Source: Candidatus Omnitrophota bacterium (GTDB lineage: Bacteria > Omnitrophota > Gorgyraeia > Tantalellales > Tantalellaceae). Taken from it: a DNA stretch of 53,856 nt. Both the position numbers and the translations under genes were made by a program. Below, piece by piece: positions 28,262-37,884 of the stretch. Positions within the stretch are counted from its first letter, which is position 1, and every line of letters starts with the position of its first letter. Location of the stretch: positions 1-53,856 of the forward strand of contig JBDRIH010000065.1 of NCBI GenBank assembly GCA_043816025.1. Reading direction: 5' to 3'. The notes under the pieces were generated by a model. The model ran no database searches, had not been told where the DNA came from, and saw nothing but the letters and a program-made list of their open reading frames with translations.

Positions 28262-29278
28262 TTACCCCGCGGCTTTTCTGAGACGATTCATTATAGCCAG
28301 CCCCAACCCCTTTTCGGAAATACCTTCGGCCACTATAATGTCAACGTTCTCTTCGTCAAACTCGCGCAATATATGGAAGAGCCTGGAGGCGCAGGTTTTT
28401 CCGTCTTCTTCGGAACCCAGTACCTTAACGTCGTAGTCCCTGTATTCGACGGCGTGTTCCTGTTTGGCCATAATACCCACTTTCTGGCCGCGTGAAGTAA
28501 TGTCCGAAGCGGTGGAGAGAGTCTCTTCCACCTGCTGTGAACTGTTCTCGACAACTATAACCCTGGCGTTCGGCGCATAATGCTTCGGGTACTTACCCGG
28601 AGACCTCTGTTGATCTGGCGATTCAACGGTTACCTCGATATCCCCGACGATTTCCTGCAGTTCTTCTACTCCAATGCCGCCGGGCCTTAATACCACAACC
28701 TGTCCGTCGATGAATTCCACGACGGTGGATTCTATCCCTATCTCGGTACTGCCGCCGTCGAGAACCACATCGATCCTACCGTCGAGATCATCAATAACGT
28801 GCTGGGCTGTTGTCGGCGAAGGCCTGCCGAACATGTTCGCCGACGGCGCGGCTATGGGAACGCCTGCGGTTTTTATGAATTTTCTGGCGATCGTGTTCGA
28901 TGGCATCCGTATGGCAACGGTGTCCAGTCCCGTGGTTACCAGATCAGGGACTACTTCCCTCTTTTTAAGTACCACCGTCAACGGTCCCGGCCAGAAACGA
29001 CTCACCAGTCTTTCCGCTTCCGGCGGGACTTCCTCAGCCAGAGTATGAAGATCTTTCGGATCGGTGATATGAACTATCAGGGGATCGTCGAGCGGACGCT
29101 TTTTTGCCTCAAAAATACCCGTTACCGCCCTGGGTTCAAACGCGTTCGCGCCGAGCCCGTAAACAGTCTCGGTAGGAAAAGCGACAAGGCCGCGGTTATG
29201 TATAACTTCTACGGCCTGTTTTATGAGGTCTAGATCTATGTTGAGAGGATCTATTTTGAAGATGCGTGGCTTTGTCAC
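28262..29278 (-). CDS. tsaC: L-threonylcarbamoyladenylate synthase (Sua5/TsaC, long form)
   Basis: Contains FPTETVYGLGANA and PSANMFGRPSPT plus a Sua5 C-terminal domain. Confidence 0.9.
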   Translation of the reverse strand: MTKPRIFKIDPLNIDLDLIKQAVEVIHNRGLVAFPTETVYGLGANAFEPRAVTGIFEAKKRPLDDPLIVHITDPKDLHTLAEEVPPEAERLVSRFWPGPLTVVLKKREVVPDLVTTGLDTVAIRMPSNTIARKFIKTAGVPIAAPSANMFGRPSPTTAQHVIDDLDGRIDVVLDGGSTEIGIESTVVEFIDGQVVVLRPGGIGVEELQEIVGDIEVTVESPDQQRSPGKYPKHYAPNARVIVVENSSQQVEETLSTASDITSRGQKVGIMAKQEHAVEYRDYDVKVLGSEEDGKTCASRLFHILREFDEENVDIIVAEGISEKGLGLAIMNRLRKAAG

Positions 29279-29281
29279 AAT

Positions 29282-30184
29282 TTATAATTCTTTTCCCGTG
29301 AGTATACGGTACGCCTGGAGGTATTTCTCCCGGGTCTTCGTGACTATTTCGTCCGGCAGTTCCGGTCCGGGCGGGGTCTTATCCCAATCCAGCGTCTCCA
29401 GGTAATCCCTTACGAACTGCTTGTCAAAACTTTTCTGCTGGCGTCCCGGCTGGTAGTCGTCCTTCGGCCAGAACCTGGAAGAATCGGGGGTAAGAACTTC
29501 ATCGATAAGTATTATCTCCTCACCTATTTTGCCGAATTCGAACTTCGTGTCTGCCATTATTATGCCACGGGTTTCGGCGTACTCTCTTGCCTTTGAGTAT
29601 ATCTGGACGCTTTTCTCTTTTATAAACTCAAAGGTCTCATCGCCCAGTTCTTTCCGCGCCGCCTCCTGTGTTATGTTTATATCATGACCTTCCTCGGCCT
29701 TGGTAGAAGGTGTGAAGATGGGGTTCTCAAGTTTATCCGATTGTTTTAGGCCTTCGGGAAGTTTGATCCCGCATATCATACCGGTCTTTTGGTAATCTTT
29801 CCAGCCGGAACCTGATATGTATCCCCTTACTATACATTCAACAGTAAGCGGTGTTGCTTTTTTTACCAGCATGGATCTTTTGTCGAGAACATCCCGGTAA
29901 GGTTCAAGACGCCTGTCGGCGGAAACGATCCGGTCTATATCGGTGGTTATCATGTGATTTTCGCTGACATCCTTCATAAAATCGAACCAGAACGCGGATA
30001 TAAGGTTTAGTATCTTACCCTTGTCCGGTATCCCGTTGGCCATGATAACGTCGAACGCCGAGATCCTGTCGGATACCACGAAAAGCAGTTTATCTCCCAG
30101 ATCGTAAACGTTCCGCACTTTACCTTTTTTGATAAGAGGTATATCGGCTAAGTCTAAAGATAGCAAAGGTTTCGTCTGTTCCAT
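29282..30184 (-). CDS. purC: Phosphoribosylaminoimidazole-succinocarboxamide synthase
   Basis: Contains [25 protein letters not shown] and ADTKFEFG. The start at 30184 is preceded by ggagaa. Confidence 0.9.
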   Translation of the reverse strand: MEQTKPLLSLDLADIPLIKKGKVRNVYDLGDKLLFVVSDRISAFDVIMANGIPDKGKILNLISAFWFDFMKDVSENHMITTDIDRIVSADRRLEPYRDVLDKRSMLVKKATPLTVECIVRGYISGSGWKDYQKTGMICGIKLPEGLKQSDKLENPIFTPSTKAEEGHDINITQEAARKELGDETFEFIKEKSVQIYSKAREYAETRGIIMADTKFEFGKIGEEIILIDEVLTPDSSRFWPKDDYQPGRQQKSFDKQFVRDYLETLDWDKTPPGPELPDEIVTKTREKYLQAYRILTGKEL

Positions 30185-30203
30185 AAAAATATTCTCCAGA
30201 TTG

Positions 30204-32093
30204 CTACTGGTTCTCTTCCAAAATGAAGGGAGACACGTAATCGCCGCAGCTTTTCTGACATTCTTCCAGGCGCTTTCTCTGATCATCCAGAGCTTTCATC
30301 AGAATATGCGGCGTGTCGAAAACTTTTGTGTGATAGATATTTTTTATCCTTTCGATCTTCGCAATAGTCTCGGGAATCCGCAGCTTGAACTGTTCTTCGT
30401 ACTCATTTTTGCCATAATCCTTATCAAGCACTTTTTTGAACAACGGGGCAAGATCGTCATATTTCGGAATGAATCCTACCGGAGTTTTAATCGCGTCTGC
30501 CTCACCGTTTACGCGCAGTTCCATCCATTTGAGCCAGACATGCTTATCCTTAATTCCGTTCAGGTATTTCCCATTGTTGCCGCGTAGAAAATAATTTACA
30601 AAAAAGATAAGCGGGACTCTCTCGATACCTTTGACTATGTCTAGATTATTCTGGATATATCTCCCGATAGGTATGGAAAGAAAATCCAGATTAGCCATAA
30701 GATTAAATGTCCTTACGCCCTCCTTCCCCAATGTGGCAGCGGTGGTCTCCGATTCTATCGTAGCGGCTTGAACCAATATCCCGTGGGTCCAGTCAAAAGA
30801 CTGCGTGACGGGGACGTTTGTGTCTGAATCCCGGCCGCCGTATATAATGCCACCGACTTCAACCCCTTCCGGGTTTTCCAGGTTATCATCACAATTTTCT
30901 AGATCCTTAAGACGAATTGTATAACGCGCGTTTTTGTGGGCGAAAAAGACCTCGTTGTCATCCGGGCCCTTTTTCCCGGGCATCCATTCCCCCGAGAAGT
31001 TCACTCCTTCTTCGGGTTCCGGTCTACCATCGCCCAACCAGCGCGGTTCATTGTCAGTATCGATCAAGACGTTGGAAAAAATTACTTCCCCCGGACTGGT
31101 CAGCGCTTTGTATATAGATGGATCGCTATTTTCGCTGACATCGCGTATAATCCCGAAAATGCCCCTTTCTACATTGACGGCGCGTATTTTTCCATTTATA
31201 TTCCGCAAATACGCTATATCATCACCGACAATCGTTTCCCTCTCAAGCATGGCAGTTGCGGTTTTGCCGCAGGCGCTGGGGAAGGAGCCGGTAAAATATG
31301 TGCGCCGTTTATCCCCGGGGCCGTGAACTCCCATAATAAACATGTGCTCGGTAAGCCACCCTTCTTCCGAAGCGCGTTTAATGGCCAGGCGCATAGCAAG
31401 CTTCTTGAGTCCTACGGTATTTCCGGCATACTGTGTATTTATGCTGTAAACCATCTCTTCCGACAGATCTATATATACCCGGCGTTTATACACATCACGG
31501 CTTACATTATTCTCCAACACACCGGCACTGTGTAAAAAACGAAAAAATCTTGCCGACTGTCCGTTTTTGATAAACTGTTCATAGCCGGGGCGAAACAATC
31601 TGTCTTCCGAATGTGCCACGTAACTGGAATCCGTTACCTGCACGGCAAGAATCGAAAATACAGAATTTACCGGCCCTTTGCAGAAAAAACACACATACAT
31701 CTCTTTGCCCGCCATCGCGTTTTCAAAAAGCGTATGTACCTCTTTCAATCCTTTTTCCCGATCGTCGGATCTTATGTCCGAACCGAGAACCTCGTCGGGC
31801 CTAAGCAGATATTTGGTGTTGGCTTTATCCCTTGCCTGATCGTAATACCCGTCAAAATGGATCGTGTGTCCTTCTGTTTTTAGAGGTCTTTCTTCTCCGT
31901 TTTTCAGGGTTTTGGCGCGGATATACTCGGCATCCTCTTTTGAATCCGTACGTACGAAAACGGACGCAGGATTGCATAACGCGACATATTTGGCCACGAA
32001 ATCATGCACCTTGGGGTTCTCTATAGCCGTCAGTTTTTTGAAGTTTTCTTCCCCGCACTTTTTCTTGAGCAATTCCATGTTTTTATCTTTCAT
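30204..32093 (-). CDS. pckG: Phosphoenolpyruvate carboxykinase (GTP)
   Basis: 629 aa containing [10 protein letters not shown] (kinase-1a), IVGDDIAY and GGRDSD. Confidence 0.9.
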   Translation of the reverse strand: MKDKNMELLKKKCGEENFKKLTAIENPKVHDFVAKYVALCNPASVFVRTDSKEDAEYIRAKTLKNGEERPLKTEGHTIHFDGYYDQARDKANTKYLLRPDEVLGSDIRSDDREKGLKEVHTLFENAMAGKEMYVCFFCKGPVNSVFSILAVQVTDSSYVAHSEDRLFRPGYEQFIKNGQSARFFRFLHSAGVLENNVSRDVYKRRVYIDLSEEMVYSINTQYAGNTVGLKKLAMRLAIKRASEEGWLTEHMFIMGVHGPGDKRRTYFTGSFPSACGKTATAMLERETIVGDDIAYLRNINGKIRAVNVERGIFGIIRDVSENSDPSIYKALTSPGEVIFSNVLIDTDNEPRWLGDGRPEPEEGVNFSGEWMPGKKGPDDNEVFFAHKNARYTIRLKDLENCDDNLENPEGVEVGGIIYGGRDSDTNVPVTQSFDWTHGILVQAATIESETTAATLGKEGVRTFNLMANLDFLSIPIGRYIQNNLDIVKGIERVPLIFFVNYFLRGNNGKYLNGIKDKHVWLKWMELRVNGEADAIKTPVGFIPKYDDLAPLFKKVLDKDYGKNEYEEQFKLRIPETIAKIERIKNIYHTKVFDTPHILMKALDDQRKRLEECQKSCGDYVSPFILEENQ

Positions 32094-32180
32094 AAGTTTT
32101 CTTCACTCCTTGCACAATGACCAGTTCATATTAAAATTTGGACTATATATGTTATAATATTACTTCTTAGGTGTCAAATA

Positions 32181-32284
32181 CTAACCTGGTTAGATCTGTC
32201 AGGTTAGGCCGTTTGTCATGCTCCGTACAGGGAGCGGAGGGGCCCTGGTAGGAGTATGGGAAACGGCCTATATTGTCAGGTTAG
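32181..32284. repeat. Mosaic repeat locus L4: P half followed by an inverted, tip-deleted H rod flanked by an 11-nt direct repeat
   Basis: ctaacctggttagatctgtcaggttag lies at 32181-32207. H lies at 32208-32268 and reads ggccgtttgtcatgctcc gtacagggagc ggaggggccctggta ggagtatgggaaacggcc. tgtcaggttag occurs at both 32197-32207 and 32274-32284. Confidence 0.85.
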
Positions 32285-32293
32285 AAATATATT

Positions 32294-32962
32294 ATGAGAT
32301 ACAAGAACCTGCACAAATGGGACCTTTCTCCTAAAGAGGCTATACGTCTCCAAAATCGCCTCCGCAAAAAAATAATCACCAAAAAACTGCGCATAAAAGA
32401 CATACGTCTTGTGGCCGGGGTGGACGTCTCGGTTAAAGGCACCCGCTCAAAAGCCGCAATAGTAGTTTTCTCATACCCCAGCCTGGAAAGGATTGAAACC
32501 GCGGTATCCCATCTAAAGGTAAGTTTCCCGTATATCCCCGGCCTTTTATCCTTCAGGGAAGGCCCGGTAATACTGGACTGCGTAAAAAAACTTAACACAG
32601 TTCCTGACCTTTTTATATTCGACGGTCAGGGGTTGGCCCATCCACGCAGGATCGGTCTTGCCTCGCACATAGGCGTTATCCTCAATAAACCAAGCATCGG
32701 CTCGGCCAAGAGCCACCTTTATGGCACGTACAACACGCCAGAATGCGCTAAAGGTTCCTTTTCTTTTATGAAGGACACCGATGGCGCCTGTCTCGGCGCC
32801 GCTTTGAGGACGCGCGACAATACCAAGTGTGTATTTGTATCCCCCGGACATCTGGCGGACACGTCTTCCGCGATAAAGATCATCCTTACCTGCTCTCCCA
32901 GATACAAAATACCCGAACCGATACGCGCGGCGCATAACGCGGCATCTTTGAAAAAAGGATGA
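32294..32962 (+). CDS. nfi: Endonuclease V
   Basis: Contains VAGVDVS, YIPGLLSFREGP and DGQGLAHPRRIGLASHIGV. Confidence 0.9.
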   Translation: MRYKNLHKWDLSPKEAIRLQNRLRKKIITKKLRIKDIRLVAGVDVSVKGTRSKAAIVVFSYPSLERIETAVSHLKVSFPYIPGLLSFREGPVILDCVKKLNTVPDLFIFDGQGLAHPRRIGLASHIGVILNKPSIGSAKSHLYGTYNTPECAKGSFSFMKDTDGACLGAALRTRDNTKCVFVSPGHLADTSSAIKIILTCSPRYKIPEPIRAAHNAASLKKG

Positions 32963-32971
32963 AGCAACTTC

Positions 32972-33000
32972 TTGACCCTTCTCTACTTTGGTTATATAAT
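32972..33000 (+). promoter_or_regulatory. Putative promoter (TTGACC-17-TATAAT) for the lipoprotein gene
   Basis: ttgacc lies at 32972-32977 and tataat at 32995-33000. The ATG is at 33036. Confidence 0.5.
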
Positions 33001-33035
33001 TTAGCTGTTATCATTTTTAAAAATACACTAGTCCC

Positions 33036-33434
33036 ATGAAAAACATTACTAAAACTATCTTACCTCTAGTGCTGGCCAGTTTTCTGCTTGCCGGCTGTGC
33101 CTCCTATAACCTATATTCACTGGCAGGCACAAACATAGAAGATCTTGAGGCAGCGCGCAGCCAGGGTAAAAACAAGGTCTTTTCTCTTTCCTGCGACGCC
33201 GCGTTCGATAAAACCATCCAGATCCTAAAAAACAATGGCCTGACCATCTTCATGTCCAACCGGGAAAAAAGATACATTGTGGCTATCGGTTTTCATAAGC
33301 AGACCGACACCACGCGGGTAGGGATCTTTTTCGAGTCCCTGGCGGACGGTAAAACGGAAATAACCCTAAGTTCTTTAAGCTCAACGGCTCTCGCAAAAGC
33401 CGTTCCGATCATATTTGGCGGCCTCCAGCCATAA
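33036..33434 (+). CDS. Small lipoprotein, function unknown
   Basis: Has a signal peptide with the lipobox LLAGC. Length is 132 aa. Confidence 0.6.
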   Translation: MKNITKTILPLVLASFLLAGCASYNLYSLAGTNIEDLEAARSQGKNKVFSLSCDAAFDKTIQILKNNGLTIFMSNREKRYIVAIGFHKQTDTTRVGIFFESLADGKTEITLSSLSSTALAKAVPIIFGGLQP

Positions 33435-33436
33435 CA

Positions 33437-33658
33437 CCAGACACTTTCAAAGTAGCAGATTAGTTCACAGAAGTACCGCCTGATGTGGTGGGTATGTCCG
33501 AGCACGGTGTAAAGTTATCTTCCCCATGGGATAAAAATAATTTACACTTCTTTGAATATACTACACCTGAAGTATGCTAATAAAAAAGATAATTTTACAG
33601 CGCGCGCAGGATATGCCTATCACATCAGGCAGCTTCTTCTCTGGGATAAACTATAACC
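33437..33658. repeat. M3 copy 1: ~220-bp long-hairpin repeat immediately 3' of the lipoate ligase gene
   Basis: It is about 85% identical by eye to 34397-34616, at a constant offset of 957 bp. Internal inverted repeats are cctgatgtg (33479-33487)/cacatcagg (33621-33629) and tgtaaagttatctt (33508-33521)/aagataattttaca (33586-33599). Confidence 0.85.
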
Positions 33659-33661
33659 TTT

Positions 33662-34387
33662 TCAGAAGGCGTAGTTCCACTTGGCATTCGAGAATTTCTG
33701 CAGGACCAACGCGTCCAGTTCTTCGAGGTCCTCCTGATCCGGTTCCCATACGTCTTCGGATGGGGAAAACGCACACTTGATCAGTTCCTTTAACTCCTCG
33801 GACGGTATAGGAATATTTGCAATAAAATCCCGGTGAGCACGGCCTTTTCTGTATTCGGGTTCCGTGGCTGGATGTCTGAGCAAAAAAGGTATCTTCTCAA
33901 GATCAAAATCAAAGAGAATTGTCCCATGATGGAGAAAATATTTTCTTTTCCTTGCCTGGGCATTGCCGGAAATTTTCTTCCCGCCCAGAGCAAGATCTGA
34001 TACCGGAAAAAAATCTACTCCGTATCCCCTTGCCTTAAAAATGTCCGAAATATTCCCCAAAATGCGGCGATAGGAATCCCTTACATCCCTGTACATTTTG
34101 TCCCGGTCATAGGAGAGAATAACTGAATAATTGAAGCAGCCCGGCCCCTCGAGCACCGTACCGCCGCCAGAGATGCGTCTTATTATTTTAATGCCGCAGG
34201 CCCGGCACCTGTCGAGAAAACAGTCTTCCGAAGTCCTGCCGGCGCGTCCGACAACGACAAAATAATCCTTCGCGCTCCACAGACGCAATGTCTCCCCCAG
34301 CCGGCCGGATTCGGCTTTAACAAGAAGTAATTCATCCATGGCTATTGTCTCTTCGGGGGTATCGACTGAAAAATCAACAAGTCTCAT
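33662..34387 (-). CDS. Lipoate-protein ligase / octanoyltransferase family protein (LplA/LipM-like, catalytic domain only)
   Basis: 241 aa containing ISGGGTVLEGPGCFNYSVI and GKKISGNAQARKRK (the catalytic lysine motif). Confidence 0.75.
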   Translation of the reverse strand: MRLVDFSVDTPEETIAMDELLLVKAESGRLGETLRLWSAKDYFVVVGRAGRTSEDCFLDRCRACGIKIIRRISGGGTVLEGPGCFNYSVILSYDRDKMYRDVRDSYRRILGNISDIFKARGYGVDFFPVSDLALGGKKISGNAQARKRKYFLHHGTILFDFDLEKIPFLLRHPATEPEYRKGRAHRDFIANIPIPSEELKELIKCAFSPSEDVWEPDQEDLEELDALVLQKFSNAKWNYAF

Positions 34388-34396
34388 CTTTTATGT

Positions 34397-34616
34397 CCCA
34401 GCTCCAGTGTAGCGGATTAGCCTACGGGAGTATCGTCTAATGTGATGGGTATGTCCGAGCACGGTGTGAAGTTATCTCCCCCATGGGATAAAAATAATTT
34501 AAACTTCTTTGAATATACTACGCCTGACGTATGATAATAAAAGAGATAACTTTACAGCGCGCGCAGGATATGCCCCTCACATCAGACAGTTTCTTCTCTG
34601 GACTAAACTGTTACCC
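34397..34616. repeat. M3 copy 2: ~220-bp long-hairpin repeat between gcvPB stop and the lipoate ligase start
   Basis: It is colinear with 33437-33658. Its last 6 nt overlap the gcvPB stop codon region. Confidence 0.85.
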
Positions 34617-36059
34617 AAGACTGCACAGATCCATATCCTTTGCGGCCTTGACTTCGTCCAGGCGCCGGACAGGAGTGGTTTTCGGGAATTCTTTAAATGC
34701 AGCAGGGTCCTCTTCCGCCAGGCGGGCCAGTTCTATCATGACCTCTATAAACTCATCCAGTGTCTCTTTCGATTCGGTCTCCGTAGGCTCTATCATCATC
34801 GCCTCTTTAACTATAAGCGGAAAATAGACAGTCGGCGGGTGAATGCCCTTGTCGATCAAGGCTTTCGCGATATCGATAGCGCGTACGCCTTTGGCTGCCT
34901 GGCGGGACGCCGACAAGACAAATTCATGCAGGCAGTCTTTGTCATACGGGATATCATAATACTCCTCCAGACGGCTTTTTACATAGTTTGCGCTTAAAAC
35001 GGCATTTTCGCTTACCTCGATAAGCCCTTCCCTCCCGAGCAGGAGGATATAAGCATATGCTTTGAGCATAACGGCAAAATTCCCGTAAAACGGGGATATG
35101 TACCCTATAGAAAGAGGCTCGTCATAATTCAGGGTAAAAGTACCGTCCTTTTTCCTGACGACACGGGAAATCGGCAAAAACGGAATCAGATTCTTTTTTA
35201 CTCCTACGGGGCCGGATCCAGGACCGCCTCCGCCGTGCGGTGTAGCGAAAGTCTTATGAAGGTTTAGATGAACAACATCGAAACCGAGATCTCCAGGACG
35301 CGCCTTTCCCATGATAGCGTTAAAGTTGGCCCCGTCGTAATACATGAGCCCTCCGGCTTTATGCGTTAGATCTGATATCTCCTTTATGTGAGGATTGAAT
35401 ACACCAAGCGTGTTGGGGCATGTCAACATGACCGCCGCTACTTCATCGTTCAGCGCATTCTTGAATTCGTCGAGGTCCATTACCCCGTTCGCATCGGAGC
35501 GTATAGACTTGACCTCGTACCCGGCGATAGCCGCGGACGCGGGATTCGTACCGTGTCCCGAATCGGGTATAAGCACGTATTTTTTTCTGTTGCCGTTATG
35601 CCTGTGGTAAGCGGCGATGAGCATTATCCCAGCAAGTTCGCCGTGCGCGCCCGCCATGGGATGAGTGGTAAACTCGTCCATACCGGTAATCTCGCACAAC
35701 AGGTCTTCCAGGTTGCTGATGATCTCCAGCGCCCCTTGCGTAAGCATGCCTCCCTTTATAAGCTGGGGGTTAAGGGGATGAAGCGCGGTAAACTGTTCCA
35801 GGCCGGCTATCTTCTCGGTAAATTTCGGGTTGTATTTCATCGTGCAGGACCCTAGCGGATAGAAGTTAGCATCAACGCCAAAATTCATTTTTGACAGATT
35901 GGTATAATGCCTTACAACTTCCTGTTCCGACACGCATGGAAGTTCGGCGTCTTTCGCCCTCTTATACCTTGGGTCGATACCTCCGCTTTCGGGAACGTCC
36001 AGAGCGGGTAAGGTAACGCCTTTACGGCCCGGTTTGGATATCTCGAATATCAGCTCCAT
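34611..36059 (-). CDS. gcvPB: Glycine dehydrogenase (decarboxylating) subunit 2
   Basis: Contains HLNLHKTFATPHGGGGPG (the PLP-lysine region). Length is 482 aa. Confidence 0.95.
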   Translation of the reverse strand: MELIFEISKPGRKGVTLPALDVPESGGIDPRYKRAKDAELPCVSEQEVVRHYTNLSKMNFGVDANFYPLGSCTMKYNPKFTEKIAGLEQFTALHPLNPQLIKGGMLTQGALEIISNLEDLLCEITGMDEFTTHPMAGAHGELAGIMLIAAYHRHNGNRKKYVLIPDSGHGTNPASAAIAGYEVKSIRSDANGVMDLDEFKNALNDEVAAVMLTCPNTLGVFNPHIKEISDLTHKAGGLMYYDGANFNAIMGKARPGDLGFDVVHLNLHKTFATPHGGGGPGSGPVGVKKNLIPFLPISRVVRKKDGTFTLNYDEPLSIGYISPFYGNFAVMLKAYAYILLLGREGLIEVSENAVLSANYVKSRLEEYYDIPYDKDCLHEFVLSASRQAAKGVRAIDIAKALIDKGIHPPTVYFPLIVKEAMMIEPTETESKETLDEFIEVMIELARLAEEDPAAFKEFPKTTPVRRLDEVKAAKDMDLCSLG

Positions 36060-37393
36060 AAGCTCTCCTCCAGGGCTTCGGCAAACGCGTCGATTTCCTG
36101 CTTCGTTCTTTTCTCGGTCACCGCCACGAGCATGTAATCTTTCATATCATCGTAATAACGTCCCAGCGGGAAACCGGCTTCAAAGCCTCTCTCCACCATC
36201 TTCTCTATAACCTCGTTGGGGTCTTTGGGAAGCTTCATGGTAAATTCATTGAATGTCGGCGAGCTCCTCTTGATTTCTACGCCTTTGATCCCATCCAGTT
36301 TTTTCTTCGCATATTCGGCTTTTTCCATACAAAGCCGGGCAACTTCCTTTAAGCCTTCTTTACCGACAAGCGTCATATAAATCAAAGCGCGTAAAGCGCA
36401 AAGCGCCTCGTTAGAACATATGTTAGAAGTGGCTTTTTCCCTGCGTATATGCTGTTCCCTGGTCTGCAGTGTAAGGACAAACCCACGGCGCCCATCCTCG
36501 TCTGTGGTCGCGCCTACTATACGCCCGGGCATCTTACGGGCAAATTCCTTCCTGGTGGAGATAAACCCCAGGTAAGGACCGCCGAACGAAAGCGGTATCC
36601 CAAGGCTCTGCCCTTCCCCGGTCACTATGTCCACTCCCATTGCCCGGGGCGTTTTCAGGATACCCAGAGAGATGGGATATACACTTTCTATGACCAGCGC
36701 GCCCAGTTTATGGCATTTCGCGGATATATCGCTGTGATCGTCGATGGCGCCGAAAAAATTCGGGTTCTGAAGGATTATGGCCGCCGTCTCCTCATCAAGA
36801 TATTTATCTATCTCGCTCCGGTTGCTTTGCCCGTGGGTTACCGGGATCTCTACAAATTCGATGGAAAGATTACTGGTGTAACAGTACATCATTTTGCGAT
36901 ATATCGGACTTACACCGCCGTCCATTATGATCTTGTTCCTACCGGTAATGCGTATCGCCATCATCGCCGCCTCGTACAACGCGGTCCCACCGTCATAAAG
37001 GGAAGCGTTAGACACCTCCATATCCGTCAGGCGGCAGATACAACTCTGATATTCGTATATGGCCTGCAGCATACCCTGGGAGGCCTCAGGTTGATACGGG
37101 GTGTACGCGGTATAGAATTCGGAACGCGATGTAATAGCATCCACGGCGGCCGGAATATAATGCTCGTAAAAACCGCCGCCGACAAAAGTGACCAGGTTAG
37201 TCGCATTTTTCTTGGCAAGATCCCGCAGATATCTTTCGACTTCCATTTCGGATTTTCGGGGAGGTAGGTCGAAAGAACGGGCACGTAATCCGGACGGGAT
37301 GCTTTTAAAAAGCTCCTCCATATTGCCGGACTTGATGCCGATAACCTCCAGCATCTCCTTTTGGTCCTGAGGAGTATGCGCGATATAACTCAT
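36050..37393 (-). CDS. gcvPA: Glycine dehydrogenase (decarboxylating) subunit 1
   Basis: Contains YTPYQPEASQGMLQAIYEYQ. It overlaps gcvPB by 10 nt. Confidence 0.95.
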   Translation of the reverse strand: MSYIAHTPQDQKEMLEVIGIKSGNMEELFKSIPSGLRARSFDLPPRKSEMEVERYLRDLAKKNATNLVTFVGGGFYEHYIPAAVDAITSRSEFYTAYTPYQPEASQGMLQAIYEYQSCICRLTDMEVSNASLYDGGTALYEAAMMAIRITGRNKIIMDGGVSPIYRKMMYCYTSNLSIEFVEIPVTHGQSNRSEIDKYLDEETAAIILQNPNFFGAIDDHSDISAKCHKLGALVIESVYPISLGILKTPRAMGVDIVTGEGQSLGIPLSFGGPYLGFISTRKEFARKMPGRIVGATTDEDGRRGFVLTLQTREQHIRREKATSNICSNEALCALRALIYMTLVGKEGLKEVARLCMEKAEYAKKKLDGIKGVEIKRSSPTFNEFTMKLPKDPNEVIEKMVERGFEAGFPLGRYYDDMKDYMLVAVTEKRTKQEIDAFAEALEESLWS

Positions 37394-37773
37394 TACTTGG
37401 ACTCCTCCAGATATTTTTCGTACGCGGCGGCATCCATCAAATCGTTCAGCTCACTGGTGTCGGCAACACTGATGCGGCATATCCAGCCTTCCCCGTAAGG
37501 AGACTGATTTATGGTTTCCGGCTTGTCCTGCAGGATTTCGTTGACCCCTACGACCTTCCCGGAAACAGGCGCATAAATATCGCTTGCGGCTTTCACCGAT
37601 TCCACTGTCGCAAAACTTTCAGATCGTTTGACTTCGCTGGCGACGGGAAGTTCGACAAAAGTAATGTCCCCGAGCTCCGATTGCGCATAATCTGTGATAC
37701 CGAAAACCGCCTCACTACCCTCGAGGCGAACCCATTCATGGTCCTTAGTATATTTCAGTTCCTGAGGTATCAT
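37393..37773 (-). CDS. gcvH: Glycine cleavage system H protein
   Basis: Contains the lipoyl-lysine motif VESVKAASDIYAPVSG. Length is 126 aa. Confidence 0.95.
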   Translation of the reverse strand: MIPQELKYTKDHEWVRLEGSEAVFGITDYAQSELGDITFVELPVASEVKRSESFATVESVKAASDIYAPVSGKVVGVNEILQDKPETINQSPYGEGWICRISVADTSELNDLMDAAAYEKYLEESK

Positions 37774-37778
37774 CGTCC

Positions 37779-37884
37779 CCTCCTTTAAATGAGTACATGA
37801 TTTACGAACACACTAGTGCGAGTAAATCATATGTACGAATTTACCCCGACACCAATTATTCTAATTAAATAATTAGTGTCGGGG
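37779..37884 (-). promoter_or_regulatory. E1: two-hairpin leader motif ending in the gcvH Shine-Dalgarno
   Basis: The minus strand reads ccccgacac...gtgtcgggg taaattc GTACatATGATTTAC tcgcactagtgtgttc GTAAATCATGTAC tcatttaaaggagg. The same architecture is found at 45057-45144. Confidence 0.6.

Noticed and set aside
33574-33780. Two small ORFs with similar peptides (33574-33780 and 34531-34827, LQRAQDMP.TS.SFFSG).
   Set aside because: Their similarity simply reflects the M3 DNA repeat. Both run antisense into real genes and lack an RBS.
36449-37267. A 272-aa ORF antisense to gcvPA. Similar long antisense ORFs lie at 51370-52248, 52864-53577, 30936-31535, 12632-13126 and 12709-13203.
   Set aside because: They lie entirely inside strongly supported genes on the other strand. 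Their sequences are low-complexity and Arg/Ser/Pro-rich, with no motifs, RBS or independent context. They are typical shadow ORFs.
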